Part shown: piece by piece, positions 46,133 through 61,158 of the stretch | Position numbering within the stretch: the stretch's first letter is position 1 | Layout of the letters: each line of letters starts with the position of its first letter | Assembly (NCBI RefSeq): GCF_048403405.1 | Contig: NZ_CP183129.1 | Origin: Escherichia coli | Lineage (GTDB): Bacteria > Pseudomonadota > Gammaproteobacteria > Enterobacterales > Enterobacteriaceae | Reading direction: 5' to 3' (one strand) | DNA length: 64,000 nt | Program-made: the position numbers and the translations under genes | The notes under the pieces: model-generated | What the model saw: the letters and a program-made list of their open reading frames with translations, nothing else | Told to the model about the DNA's origin: nothing | The model's database searches: none

Positions 46133-46675
46133 TTACCCGAGGGTTTTGAACGCTTTAATGCGCTGCAAATGCGGGGAGATATTCTTGAATTTGTGCGTCT
46201 GCTCTTCGTCCCAGACAATCTCGTAATAATGATGCAGCTCTTCAGATGTCCGCTGGCTGTTAAGCGCTTCATCATTACGCGACAAAATCACCAGGCAACG
46301 ATCGCGATTCTTCTCACGGAAGTTGGTCACACACTTAGTGGCAATATCGGCATACTCTTCCGGGCGATCAATCTTGCCTTCCATGTTCTCATAAGGGAAC
46401 AAATTAGGGTTGAAGATCACCTGGCGGATATCGCAAAGAAAACCAATCCGTTCCGCCCAGTATCCGCCCAGACCAACGCCGCAAATCAGCGGACGCTCGT
46501 CGACGTTCAGTTGCAACATTTTGTCCACTTCTTTGAGCAGATGCTGCATATCATGTTTCGGATGCCGCGTACTGTAGCTTATCAAGCGTACATCCGGGTC
46601 AATAAACTGCAATTGTAAGACTTTCTCGTGGTTACCCGGACTGTTAGAGTCAAAACCGTGTAAATAGATAATCAT
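46133..46675 (-). CDS. ycfP: UPF0227 esterase-like protein YcfP
   Basis: 180 aa from [19 protein letters not shown]. Confidence 0.85.
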
Positions 46676-46697
46676 CGCTTCCTCACATAAGCCAGGG

Positions 46698-48538
<1,841 letters not shown>

Positions 48539-48558
<20 letters not shown>

Positions 48559-49180
48559 CTTTACCTGACCAGATAATTTCGCCCGTCTGCACCAGCATCA
48601 GCTGCATTTGTAGGGTCGGAGCGTTAACGTTGCCAGAGGCGCTGGAGTACAGCACGTAATGAGCGCCGACATTGCGGGCAATGCCTATGGCTTTACTACG
48701 GGTGCCTAAACTGTCCTGCGGCGACAAACCTAACTGTTGCTTTGCCATCGACAGCTGCTGGGCGGAAACCAGGGTAAATTTACCGTTATTAGCCAGCGCA
48801 TTTCGCAGCGTTTCGGTCGCTTCTGCGGCATTCAGCGAACCGTTAGTACGGTTGTTAACGCTATCAACCAGCAGGACGCTACCCGCAGTCACGCCGTCAG
48901 CCCCAAGCATCTTACTGACCATCGGCTGCATTGCGCCATTCCAGTCATAATGGCGAATATGCGGCGCAGGCGGCGCCGTTTGATCTTCGTGCTCAATTGG
49001 GCCTGGCTGCTGCGGTATCGTCGGCACCGATGGCACTGTGGGGACAGGCTGTTGCGGCTCGGCTGGTTGTTCCGGCGCTGGTTTCACTTCTTCTACCGGT
49101 GCAGGTTCACGTTGCCCCACACACCCGGCGAGAAACATCGCCAGCGCGGTAATCAAGGCGTAGCGACTCATTTTTGTCAT
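48539..49180 (-). CDS. lpoB: PBP1B activator lipoprotein LpoB
   Basis: 213 aa; lipobox FLAGC and a Pro-rich linker. Confidence 0.9.
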
Positions 49181-49193
49181 CAAGATTCACCCC

Positions 49194-49571
49194 TTACAAA
49201 TATAGATAAAGTCTGACTTTGTGCGCCCCCAGAAAATTGGCGCTGCCGTACAGCGTTACCGCCGAATGTGCGGGAATGGTAACGCTGCGTGGCCTTTCCA
49301 GAGGATGCATCTCCAGCCCTCTGGCGTCATACCAGTAAAAACGATAATGAACGGTAACGGGTTCTTGCCTTTCGTTATAAAGCGTTGAGGATGCTGAAGG
49401 TTGAATATCAGACGTCGAAAGGACGGGCTTTTCTGCACTGATGCCCGCAGCCAATAAAGATGACTCCATCACCAGCGATTGCTCATCATTCACCGGAATT
49501 TCCGGATGTGAACGACAGCCCACCAGCACTAACAACGCCAGAGACACCAGCCCAAAGCATCCTTTTCTCAT
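49194..49571 (-). CDS. ycfL: Lipoprotein YcfL
   Basis: 125 aa; lipobox LVGC. Confidence 0.85.
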   Translation of the reverse strand: MRKGCFGLVSLALLVLVGCRSHPEIPVNDEQSLVMESSLLAAGISAEKPVLSTSDIQPSASSTLYNERQEPVTVHYRFYWYDARGLEMHPLERPRSVTIPAHSAVTLYGSANFLGAHKVRLYLYL

Positions 49572-49573
49572 CG

Positions 49574-49933
49574 TTACAGACCTTTATGCGCCAGCATTGG
49601 TCCCAGCGGACGGCCACCCAACAAGTGCATATGGATGTGGTAAACCTCTTGTCCGCCGTGGCGGTTGGTGTTCATGATCAGACGATAGCCATCTTCGGCA
49701 ATACCTTCTTGCTCAGCAATTTTTGCCGCTACGGTGATCATGCGTCCCAGCGCCTGCTCATGCTCAGCAGACACGTCGTTCACAGTCGGAATGAGGATAT
49801 TTGGAATGATCAGAATATGCGTTGGCGCTTGCGGCGAAATATCGCGAAACGCCGTTACCAGATCATCCTGGTAGACGATATCGGAGGGGATCTCACGACG
49901 AATAATTTTGCTAAATATAGTTTCTTCTGCCAC
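49574..49933 (-). CDS. hinT: Purine nucleoside phosphoramidase HinT
   Basis: 119 aa from (GTG)[18 protein letters not shown] motif HIHMHLL. Confidence 0.9.
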   Translation of the reverse strand: MAEETIFSKIIRREIPSDIVYQDDLVTAFRDISPQAPTHILIIPNILIPTVNDVSAEHEQALGRMITVAAKIAEQEGIAEDGYRLIMNTNRHGGQEVYHIHMHLLGGRPLGPMLAHKGL

Positions 49934-50266
49934 GACATTTTCCTTTTTCAAATAGCCATGCGTTGCGCCATGCTACGCCGCGCCACACTGCGAGTATAGA
50001 GTATGGTCGAGTTAAACCTGCTCTTTCAACCTTAACTCACGATTTCTTAAGCAAAAAATCGTTTTGCTGCCGTATATATCGCCATTATTCCCATTTCTGC
50101 CTGCGAATGCGCTGAAAAGACATTCTTTGTTTGGTTTACACGTCAAATATGAATGCGTATATTTCTCATTTGCATTTACATGCAAAATTATTCGCACACT
50201 AAATATAACCGCTCATCACCCTGCTCCGGCATGAGCCTGACGACAACATAAACCAAGAGATTTCAG

Positions 50267-52456
50267 ATGCTTTCAACACAATTTAACAGGGATAATCAAT
50301 ATCAAACCACCTCCAAGCCGTCACTGCTTGCCGCCTGCATAGCACTGGCACTCTTACCTTCCGCCGCTTTTGCTGCACCAGCCACTGAAGAAACGGTGAT
50401 TGTTGAGGGTTCAGCCACTACTCCAGTTGATGACGAAAATGATTACAGCGTAACGTCTACCTCTGCGGGTACCAAAATGCAGATGACTCAACGTGATATT
50501 CCTCAGTCGGTCACTATTGTTAGCCAGCAGCGGATGGAAGATCAGCAGTTACAAACGCTGGGCGAAGTGATGGAAAACACGCTGGGGATCAGCAAAAGTC
50601 AGGCGGATTCCGATCGTGCTCTTTATTATTCCCGCGGATTCCAGATCGATAACTATATGGTTGATGGTATCCCCACCTATTTTGAATCGCGCTGGAATCT
50701 GGGCGACGCACTTTCTGATATGGCACTGTTTGAACGCGTAGAAGTTGTGCGTGGCGCGACAGGCCTCATGACCGGGACGGGTAATCCATCTGCGGCAATT
50801 AATATGGTTCGAAAACACGCGACCAGTCGTGAATTTAAAGGCGATGTCTCGGCGGAATACGGTAGCTGGAACAAAGAACGGTATGTGGCGGATATACAAA
50901 GCCCACTCACCGAAGATGGTAAAATCCGCGCACGAATTGTCGGCGGCTACCAGAATAACGACTCATGGCTGGACCGCTACAACAGTGAAAAGACCTTCTT
51001 CTCCGGCATTGTCGATGCTGATTTAGGCGATCTTACGATGCTTTCAGCCGGTTACGAATATCAGCGTATTGATGTTAATAGCCCAACCTGGGGCGGTTTA
51101 CCGCGCTGGAATACTGATGGCAGCAGCAACAGTTACGATCGCGCACGCAGTACCGCACCTGACTGGGCGTACAACGATAAAGAGATCAACAAGGTCTTTA
51201 TGACCCTGAAGCAGCGGTTTGCTGATACCTGGCAAGCGACACTGAATGCCACCCACTCCGAAGTCGAATTTGACAGCAAAATGATGTATGTCGATGCCTA
51301 TGTAAACAAAGCGGATGGTATGCTGGTTGGGCCATACAGTAATTATGGACCTGGCTTTGATTATGTCGGCGGCACCGGTTGGAACAGCGGCAAACGTAAA
51401 GTTGATGCGCTGGATTTGTTCGCTGACGGTAGTTATGAATTGTTTGGTCGTCAGCACAATCTAATGTTTGGTGGCAGTTACAGCAAACAAAACAATCGTT
51501 ACTTCAGTTCATGGGCCAACATCTTCCCGGATGAAATTGGCAGTTTCTACAACTTTAATGGCAATTTCCCACAAACCGACTGGTCACCACAGAGTCTGGC
51601 GCAGGACGATACCACACATATGAAATCGTTATATGCTGCCACTCGTGTCACCCTTGCCGATCCGCTGCATCTGATCCTCGGCGCACGTTATACCAACTGG
51701 CGGGTTGATACGCTGACTTACAGCATGGAGAAAAACCACACCACGCCTTATGCTGGTTTGGTATTTGACATCAATGACAACTGGTCGACCTACGCCAGCT
51801 ATACCTCTATTTTCCAGCCGCAAAATGATCGTGACAGTTCAGGCAAATATCTGGCTCCAATCACCGGTAACAACTACGAGCTGGGTCTGAAATCGGACTG
51901 GATGAATAGCCGTCTGACCACCACGTTAGCCATCTTCCGTATTGAGCAGGATAATGTCGCTCAGTCCACCGGTACACCTATCCCCGGCAGCAACGGCGAA
52001 ACCGCCTATAAAGCGGTGGATGGGACAGTCAGTAAAGGTGTGGAATTTGAACTCAACGGCGCAATTACCGACAACTGGCAGCTGACGTTTGGCGCAACGC
52101 GCTATATTGCAGAGGATAACGAAGGAAACGCCGTTAATCCTAATCTGCCACGCACCACGGTTAAAATGTTCACCAGCTACCGGTTGCCTGTCATGCCAGA
52201 GTTGACGGTCGGCGGTGGTGTTAACTGGCAAAATCGCGTGTATACCGACACCGTGACACCGTATGACACCTTCCGCGCCGAGCAAGGTAGCTACGCGCTG
52301 GTGGATCTCTTCACCCGCTACCAGGTGACGAAAAACTTCTCGTTACAGGGGAACGTCAATAACCTGTTCGACAAAACCTACGATACCAACGTGGAAGGTT
52401 CTATCGTCTACGGCGCACCGCGTAATTTCAGCATTACCGGCACGTATCAATTCTGA
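50267..52456 (+). CDS. fhuE: TonB-dependent ferric coprogen/rhodotorulate receptor FhuE
   Basis: 729 aa; signal peptide, TonB box and a C-terminal F. Confidence 0.95.
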   Translation: MLSTQFNRDNQYQTTSKPSLLAACIALALLPSAAFAAPATEETVIVEGSATTPVDDENDYSVTSTSAGTKMQMTQRDIPQSVTIVSQQRMEDQQLQTLGEVMENTLGISKSQADSDRALYYSRGFQIDNYMVDGIPTYFESRWNLGDALSDMALFERVEVVRGATGLMTGTGNPSAAINMVRKHATSREFKGDVSAEYGSWNKERYVADIQSPLTEDGKIRARIVGGYQNNDSWLDRYNSEKTFFSGIVDADLGDLTMLSAGYEYQRIDVNSPTWGGLPRWNTDGSSNSYDRARSTAPDWAYNDKEINKVFMTLKQRFADTWQATLNATHSEVEFDSKMMYVDAYVNKADGMLVGPYSNYGPGFDYVGGTGWNSGKRKVDALDLFADGSYELFGRQHNLMFGGSYSKQNNRYFSSWANIFPDEIGSFYNFNGNFPQTDWSPQSLAQDDTTHMKSLYAATRVTLADPLHLILGARYTNWRVDTLTYSMEKNHTTPYAGLVFDINDNWSTYASYTSIFQPQNDRDSSGKYLAPITGNNYELGLKSDWMNSRLTTTLAIFRIEQDNVAQSTGTPIPGSNGETAYKAVDGTVSKGVEFELNGAITDNWQLTFGATRYIAEDNEGNAVNPNLPRTTVKMFTSYRLPVMPELTVGGGVNWQNRVYTDTVTPYDTFRAEQGSYALVDLFTRYQVTKNFSLQGNVNNLFDKTYDTNVEGSIVYGAPRNFSITGTYQF

Positions 52457-52467
52457 ATAACACCTGT

Positions 52468-52493
52468 AAAAAAGGCAGCCATCCGGCTGCCTT
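52468..52493 (-). terminator. ptsG terminator
   Basis: AAGGCAGCC-4nt-GGCTGCCTT followed by T6 on the minus strand. Confidence 0.75.
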
Positions 52494-52515
52494 AGTCTCC
52501 CCAACGTCTTACGGA

Positions 52516-53949
52516 TTAGTGGTTACGGATGTACTCATCCATCTCGGTTTTCAGGTTATCGGATTTAGTACCGAAAATCGCCTGAACACCAGAACCAGCA
52601 ACCACTACGCCCGCTGCGCCCAGTTTCTTCAGGCCAGCCTGATCCACTTTAGACACATCAGCAACGCTGACGCGCAGACGGGTAATACATGCGTCGAGGT
52701 TAGTAATGTTTTCTTTACCACCAAATGCAGCAACCAGAGCCGGTGCCATTTCGCTGGTACCTGTCGCTTTTGCATCTTCAGTCGCATCTTCACGACCCGG
52801 CGTTTTCAGATCCAGTGCTTTAATCAGCACGCGGAAGATGGTGTAGTAAACAATCGCATAACCGATACCGACGATCGGGAACAGCCACAGTTTGCTGCTG
52901 TTACCAGACAGAACGATGAAGTCGATCAGACCGTGCGAGAACGACGTACCGTCACGCATCCCCAGAAGAATACAGATTGGGAATGCCAGGCCTGCCAGAA
53001 TCGCGTGGATGATGTACAGGATCGGCGCAACGAACATGAAGGAGAACTCGATCGGCTCGGTGATACCGGTCAGGAACGAGGTCAGCGCCGCGGAGATCAT
53101 AATACCGCCCACTTTCGCGCGGTTTTCTGGTTTAGCAGAGTGCCAGATAGCAATTGCGGCAGCTGGCAGACCGTACATTTTGAACAGGAAGCCACCAGAC
53201 AGTTTACCCGCAGTCGGGTCACCCGCCATATAACGCGGAATGTCGCCGTGGAAAACCTGACCTGCTGCGTTGGTGTATTCACCAATTTGCATCTGGAAAG
53301 GTACGTTCCAGATGTGGTGCAGACCAAACGGTACCAGGCAACGTTCGATGAAACCGTAAATGCCAAACGCAACTACCGGGTTCTGGTAAGCAGCCCACTG
53401 AGAGAAGGTCTGGATTGCAGAACCAATCGGCGGCCAAATGAAGGACAGCACAACGCCAGTAAAGATGGCAGCCAGGCCAGAAATGATCGGCACAAAGCGT
53501 TTACCGGCAAAGAAGCCAAGATACTCAGGCAGCTTAATACGGTAGAAACGGTTAAACATGTACGCTGCGATCGCACCGGAGATAATCCCTCCGAGTACGC
53601 CAGTATCCGCCAGGTGTTTAGAGGCGATTTCTTCAGCAGGTAAATGCAGTACCAGTGGCGCAACCACGGCCATGGTTTTAACCATGATGCCATAGGCAAC
53701 AACTGCGGCCAGCGCGGATACGCCATCGTTATTGGTAAAGCCGAGGGCGACACCGATCGCAAAAATCAGTGGCATGTTTGCAAAGACGGAACCGCCTGCT
53801 TCTGCCATAACATGCGATACAACGGCGGGCAGCCAGCTGAAATTCGCGGAACCGACGCCCAGCAGAATACCTGCGATAGGCAGTACGGATACCGGCAGCA
53901 TCAGCGATTTACCGACCTTTTGCAGGTTAGCAAATGCATTCTTAAACAT
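52516..53949 (-). CDS. ptsG: Glucose-specific PTS EIICB component PtsG
   Basis: 477 aa; matches K-12. Confidence 0.95.
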
Positions 53950-54241
53950 AATTGAGAGTGCTCCTGAGTATGGGTGCTTTTTTACGTTCTCACGCGTGGC
54001 AAGGGGGAGAGCCTCGCCGTGTACAGGGCATCTAAGCGCCCTTTATTTATTACACAGAGTAAAATAATTCAGTGCCGATTTGTTTGACGGCTATCACGTT
54101 TCAACTTCAGATCATTGGAGAAGTTGCACATTTTGACAAAACATATGTCACAATATTTCAAACGTGGTTATTCACCGCCCAATTTTCGGCGGTGAACTTT
54201 ACTCGTTTTAGCCATTAATTACGAGCTTTAAAAAAACTCAT

Positions 54242-55039
54242 TCAACGGATGGATTGAAGGCGGGAAGCGTCGATGTGAAACAGACGGGCGAAGTTATCGG
54301 TGGTTACCTGCGCCAGTTCTTCAACGGCAACACCTTTCAACACAGCCATGTATTCTGCAACGTCACGAACCATCGCAGGTTGATTCTCTTTTCCTCGATG
54401 CGGCACCGGTGCAAGGTAAGGTGAGTCAGTTTCTACCAGTAACCGATCCAGGGGGACATAACGCGCAGCATCGCGCAGTTGCTCCGCATTACGGAAGGTC
54501 ACAATGCCGGAAAAGGAGATGTAAAATCCGAGATCCAGTAATTTACCCGCCGTTTCTCTGTCCTCTGTAAAACAGTGTAGTACGCCACCGCAATCCGTCA
54601 CTTTTTCTTCGCGCAGAATTGCCAGCGTATCGGCGCGGGCGTCACGGGTATGGACGATAACCGGCTTGTTCAGTTCACGACCAATCTGGATATGATGGAT
54701 GAAGGACTCTTGCTGCCGTACTTTAGTTTCCGGCGTGTAATAATAATCCAACCCGGTTTCACCCAGCGCAACAACGCCCTCTTCTGCCGCCAGACGGCGT
54801 AAATCTTCTACATCGTAGGGATCATTCTGGTTGAGTGGATGCACGCCACAAGAAAATACGACGTTGTCACGTTCGCCTACCAGATCCCGCATGTGTAAAT
54901 AACCCGGTAATGTTGTGGCGACTGCCAGACAAAATTTCACATCGCGTGCGGCGGCTTTCGCCAGAACGTCATCCACGTCCTTATGCAAAGATTCATAATC
55001 CAGACCATCGAGATGGCAGTGTGAGTCGACTAAAAACAT
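54242..55039 (-). CDS. ycfH: TatD-family metal-dependent hydrolase YcfH
   Basis: 265 aa from [11 protein letters not shown]. Confidence 0.9.
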
Positions 55040-55049
55040 GATGTCTCTC

Positions 55050-56054
55050 TTAAAGATGAGGAACCGGTAGCACAACGCCCGGTTGCAGGTAATGCTCAAT
55101 ACGCAGTAAAAGATCGGTGATGAGAAGCTCGCGGTTGATGCCTGTGACAGACATTAACTGTTCACGAATGTGGCAAACATCCCCCAGTATAGCCTGCAGG
55201 CGCGAGGGAGAAAGATGGTTTGCCAGTTCGACGACCAGTCCCGGCACATCAACATTGGTCACCTGCGCAGCGCCATGATGGCGTTTTAGCGCATCCATCA
55301 GCAACGTTGCCAGCCAGTGTAAACGCGCCGGAGCTTGTTCATGATTAAGGGCCGCTAGCAGCGAATACCAGTCGCCCGATGGCACGCTATATGCCAACGC
55401 CTGACACAATGTTTCACGAGCCTGCCAGTTATCTCCCTGAAACAACGCCAGTGCCGCGCCAGGCGAACCGGCGCTTAAGCGCAATGCGGCAAGTAATGCA
55501 TCCTGTGACATTGTCACTTCGCGTGAAAGCCAGGTCACGGCGTACTGTTCCGGCGGCGGCGCAAGGTAATGTAACCGACAACGACTACGTAATGTTGCCA
55601 GTAAACGTTCAGGCTCGCGGGTAGCCAGGAAAAACCAGGTTTCTGCTGGTGGCTCTTCAAGCGTTTTCAGCAATGCGTTAGCCGCGGCGTCGGTCAGTAA
55701 GGCAGCATCGGTTACCCAGACAACTTTCGCACCACCTAAGCGGGCGTGCTCATTCAGTTTTTCAGTGACCTCACGTACCGCATCAATGCCCAGCGTATTT
55801 TTCCCTTTTTCGGGAGCCAGGGTGTAATAATCGGGATGCGTGCCAGCCTGCATCAACTGACATCCACGACAGTGACCGCAACTTTTGTGGCCCTGCGGTT
55901 GTTGGCAGAGTAAATAACGGCTCAGGGCGTAGATTAAAGCATCATCGCCCATGCCCGGTAACGCCTGAATGAGCAGCGCATGGTGACCTCTTCCGGCCTG
56001 ATAGCTGGCTACCAGTTTTTCGAAATCAGGTCGTAACCATGGATACCATCTCAT
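55050..56054 (-). CDS. holB: DNA polymerase III delta-prime subunit HolB
   Basis: 334 aa from [15 protein letters not shown]. Confidence 0.95.
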
Positions 56055-56692
56055 GCGTCCAACTCCTTCACCCAATTGGTCACGGTAGTGCGGATTGCAT
56101 CCATCACGGACTCCAGCGGCTGGGTGGCATCAATGGTATGAATGCTTTTATCTTGTGCTGCCAGTTCCAGATAGCGGGCGCGGGTGCGATTAAAGAAATC
56201 GAAAGACTCTTGCTCAATACGATCCAGCTCGCCGCGCGCACGCGCGCGTTTTAAGCCAACTTCCGGGGTAACATCGAGATAGAGCGTTAAGTCGGGGCGA
56301 AAATCCCCGAGAACAGCATCACGCAATGTTGCCAGCATATGTTGGTCAATACCACGTCCGCCGCCCTGATACGCCTGAGTGGAGAGATCGTGGCGATCGC
56401 CAATCACCCAGGTGCCGTTAGCCAGCGCAGGTTTGATGACCGTTTCTACCAGTTGAACGCGCGCGGCATAAAACATCAGAACTTCGGCTTTATCGGTAAT
56501 GACTTCATCGCCTACCGATTTGATATCCAGTACCAGGCTTCTTAACTTTTCGGCAAGTTGCGTACCGCCAGGTTCCCGAGTGAAAACCATGTCGCGGATA
56601 CCCAGTTGCTCGAGCGTCTCAACCACCACGTTACGCGCGGTAGTTTTGCCTGCGCCTTCCAGCCCCTCAATGACGATATACTTACTGCGCAT
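56051..56692 (-). CDS. tmk: Thymidylate kinase
   Basis: 213 aa; P-loop GLEGAGKTT. Confidence 0.95.
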
Positions 56693-57704
56693 TTTTTTCC
56701 TTAAGCACTTTCAGATAATCCTGCACAGACTTGTTATGACTGGCAAGATTGGTATTAAACGTGTGACCACCTTTACCATCGGCCACAAAATAGAGATACG
56801 GCGTTTTTGCCGGATGCGCAGCAGCCTTCAGCGAATCCGCCCCCGGCGTAGCTATTGCACCTGGCGGCAAACCGGTAATGGTATAGGTGTTATACGCTGT
56901 CGGCGTTTCCAGGTCTGCACGAGAAAGTTTGCCATTATAACGCTCTCCCATCCCGTAAATCACGGTCGGGTCGGTCTGCAGGCGCATACCAATGCGTAAC
57001 CGGTTGATAAATACCGAGGCAACCTGATCGCGTTCACTGGCAACGGCGGTTTCTTTTTCGATAATTGATGCCATCGTCACCAGCTGGTTTTTATCTTTAT
57101 AGGGCAGACCGTCCGCACGCCCTTCCCAGGCGCTATCGACCGCTTTCACCATTTTCTTGTGCGCTCGCTTGAGTAACGCGACATCGGTGGTATTGGCGGT
57201 ATACATCCAGGTGTCTGGCCAGAACCAACCTTCAATCCACTCTGGGTTTTCCAGTTCAAGTGCCTGCGCTACGGTGGCGTACTTATCGTCGCTCAGCGTA
57301 TGCTTGATATACGGGGCCTCACGCAATTGCTTGAGGTAATCGCTTAAACGCATCCCTTCTACCAGTCGCAGAGGGAACTGTGCTTCTTTACCGCTTTCCA
57401 GCAATTTCAGCATCTCACGTACGGTCATCTGCGGTGTAAAGCGGTAAGTCCCGGCTTTAAAGTGAGAAAGATCCGGTTCGATACGCAGCAGCCATTGGAA
57501 AACCCGTGGGCGATTGATGATCTTATCGGCATAAAGCTGTTCACCGAGCGCCAGACGTCCGGTCCCTGGCTTTAGGGTAAATATCGTCTCTTCTTTGATA
57601 AGCAATTTGCTGTCGGCAAGATGGCGAACCTTCCAGACGCCCACACCAGCGGCGATACCCAGTACCACCAGCAATAACAAGATAATCAATAACACTTTTT
57701 TCAT
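56682..57704 (-). CDS. mltG: Endolytic murein transglycosylase MltG (YceG)
   Basis: 340 aa; synteny with K-12. Confidence 0.95.
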
Positions 57705-57706
57705 GA

Positions 57707-58516
57707 CTAATTCGGGCGCTCACAAAGTGGGGCTAAATATTCATATAACGTTGCTGACGAAAAGGAGACATCGCCACAGGCACGTACGGGCATCACTGGC
57801 ATTAACGCATTACAAATAACCATCTCATCTGCCTGCAACGCCTCCTCCAGCGAGGCTTGCACTTCGACAAGCTGATAAGAGGATTGTGCCAGTAAACGGA
57901 TACAGAATTGTCGCATAATGCCGTTAACACCTGCCTGATCCAGTCGCGGCGTATAAACTACGTTGCCCTTCCGCCAGAACAAATTAGCCGCACAGCATTC
58001 CGTAACCCACCCTTCGCTGTCAAGGACCAGCGCCTCATCAGCGTTTGTCTGCTCAAGATGAGAGCGGATCAATACTTGCTCAAGCCGATTAAGATGTTTA
58101 ATACCTGCAAGATGAGGATTGCGCCCCAGCCGCACCGGGCTTAGCGCCAACGTCATCCCCTCGTTACGCAAACGGTCGTAATGTGCGGGATAAACCGTAA
58201 CGGAGAGAATCCGCGTTGCCGGTCCGCTGTTCAATGTGCTGTATCCTCGCCCGCCACTACCGCGACTGATCACCACTTTCAGCACACCATTTTGCTGTTC
58301 TGCTGCCAGCGTTTTCATCTCTAGTTCAAGCTGAGGCCAGAAGTCACAGGAAATCATCAACCGCTGACAAGCATCCTGTAGTCGCTGGATATGCGCCGAT
58401 AACAAACTGACTTTACCGTCGATAACTCTGGCGGTGGTAAAACAACCATCACCAAACTGCGTTGCCCGATCGCTTACTGCCAGCGATTCCTGCTTATGAC
58501 CGTTAATTAAGAACAT
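57707..58516 (-). CDS. pabC: Aminodeoxychorismate lyase PabC
   Basis: 269 aa; synteny with K-12. Confidence 0.95.
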   Translation of the reverse strand: MFLINGHKQESLAVSDRATQFGDGCFTTARVIDGKVSLLSAHIQRLQDACQRLMISCDFWPQLELEMKTLAAEQQNGVLKVVISRGSGGRGYSTLNSGPATRILSVTVYPAHYDRLRNEGMTLALSPVRLGRNPHLAGIKHLNRLEQVLIRSHLEQTNADEALVLDSEGWVTECCAANLFWRKGNVVYTPRLDQAGVNGIMRQFCIRLLAQSSYQLVEVQASLEEALQADEMVICNALMPVMPVRACGDVSFSSATLYEYLAPLCERPN

Positions 58517-58588
58517 ACCGGCTCCTTATCAGAGAATTGTTAGTGTGGCAGCATGTTCACTACGGAACAAGTCAGAATAAAAGCTAAG

Positions 58589-58612
58589 AAAAAAGGCCCG
58601 CAAGCGGACCTT
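58589..58612 (-). terminator. fabF terminator
   Basis: AAGGTCCGC-TTGC-GGGCCTT followed by a T-run on the minus strand. Confidence 0.75.
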
Positions 58613-58635
58613 TTATAAGGGTGGGAAATGACAAC

Positions 58636-59907
<1,272 letters not shown>

Positions 59908-59931
59908 CTAGTGGGACAAAAAGATAAAACT

Positions 59932-59953
59932 CAGGCGGTCGAACGACCGCCTG
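59932..59953 (-). terminator. acpP terminator/attenuator hairpin
   Basis: CAGGCGGTC-loop-GACCGCCTG followed by AGTTTTATCTTTTT on the minus strand. Confidence 0.65.
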
Positions 59954-59964
59954 GAGATGTTCAC

Positions 59965-60201
59965 TTACGCCTGGTGGCCGTTGATGTAATCAATGGCAGC
60001 CTGAACGGTGGTGATTTTCTCAGCTTCTTCGTCCGGAATCTCAGTATCAAACTCTTCTTCCAGAGCCATTACCAGCTCAACGGTGTCAAGAGAATCCGCG
60101 CCCAGGTCTTCAACGAAAGAAGCATTGTTGGTAACTTCTTCCTGCTTAACGCCCAGCTGTTCGCCGATAATTTTCTTAACGCGTTCTTCGATAGTGCTCA
60201 T
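59965..60201 (-). CDS. acpP: Acyl carrier protein
   Basis: 78 aa; [18 protein letters not shown]...DSLDTVELV. Confidence 0.98.
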
Positions 60202-60411
60202 ACTCTTAAATTTCCTATCAAAACTCGCTTTCGCGATGGTTTTCGTAGTGTATAAAATGTTGAAAAATTTGCAACTAAATCCCGGCAGGTCTTACCACGA
60301 TTTTACGTTATTTTGAGGCCTTACCCCCCAATAACGCAAATCATTTTGCACTAATTATTACTCATAACCACGCAGACTGCGCGCAACATGAGCATTTTGT
60401 GCAAATCGCGG

Positions 60412-61146
60412 TCAGACCATGTACATCCCGCCGTTCACATGCAAAGTTTCACCCGTGATGTAAGCTGCTTCGTCGGATGCCAGGAATGCAACCGCGTTGG
60501 CGATTTCCTGTGCGCCGCCGAGGCGACCCGCAGGAACCTGCGCCAGGATACCCGCACGCTGGTCATCGCTCAGCGCACGTGTCATGTCCGTTTCAATAAA
60601 GCCCGGAGCAACAACGTTTACAGTAATACCGCGTGACGCAACTTCGCGCGCCAGTGATTTACTGAAGCCGATCAAGCCCGCTTTCGCCGCAGCGTAGTTG
60701 GCCTGACCGCCATTTCCCATGGTACCAACCACAGAACCGATAGTGATAATACGACCATGACGCTTTTTCATCATAGCGCGCATTACCGCTTTTGACAGAC
60801 GGAAAACAGATGAAAGGTTGGTTTCGATAATATCGTTCCACTCTTCATCTTTCATTCGCATTAACAGGTTATCACGAGTGATACCGGCATTATTGACCAG
60901 GATATCCACTTCACCAAATTCTGCGCGAATTTTTTCCAGAACAGATTCGATAGATGCCGGGTCGGTCACATTCAACATCAGACCTTTGCCGTTGGCACCT
61001 AAATAATCACTGATCGCCTGAGCGCCATTTTCACTGGTCGCAGTGCCAATAACTTTCGCGCCACGGGCTGCGAGCGTTTCAGCAATTGCGCGACCAATTC
61101 CGCGGCTTGCACCGGTTACCAGTGCGATTTTTCCTTCAAAATTCAT
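60412..61146 (-). CDS. fabG: 3-oxoacyl-ACP reductase FabG
   Basis: 244 aa; SDR motif TGASRGIG. Confidence 0.95.
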   Translation of the reverse strand: MNFEGKIALVTGASRGIGRAIAETLAARGAKVIGTATSENGAQAISDYLGANGKGLMLNVTDPASIESVLEKIRAEFGEVDILVNNAGITRDNLLMRMKDEEWNDIIETNLSSVFRLSKAVMRAMMKKRHGRIITIGSVVGTMGNGGQANYAAAKAGLIGFSKSLAREVASRGITVNVVAPGFIETDMTRALSDDQRAGILAQVPAGRLGGAQEIANAVAFLASDEAAYITGETLHVNGGMYMV

Positions 61147-61158
61147 GATTTTCCTCTT

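Noticed and set aside
50140-50200. Possible Fur box upstream of fhuE
   Set aside because: The region is A/T-rich with partial GATAAT-like hexamers (for example GCAAAATTATTCGC). I cannot place a convincing 19-bp Fur consensus by eye, so I did not report it as a feature.
52519-53643. 374-aa plus-strand ORF antisense to ptsG, and similar long antisense ORFs in other genes (45143..45781 in ndh, 61573..62454 in fabD, 40732..41340 and 40003..40527 in mfd, 3329..4003 in terL)
   Set aside because: These are shadow ORFs opposite well-supported genes. Their products are Arg/His/Gln-rich with no recognisable domains.
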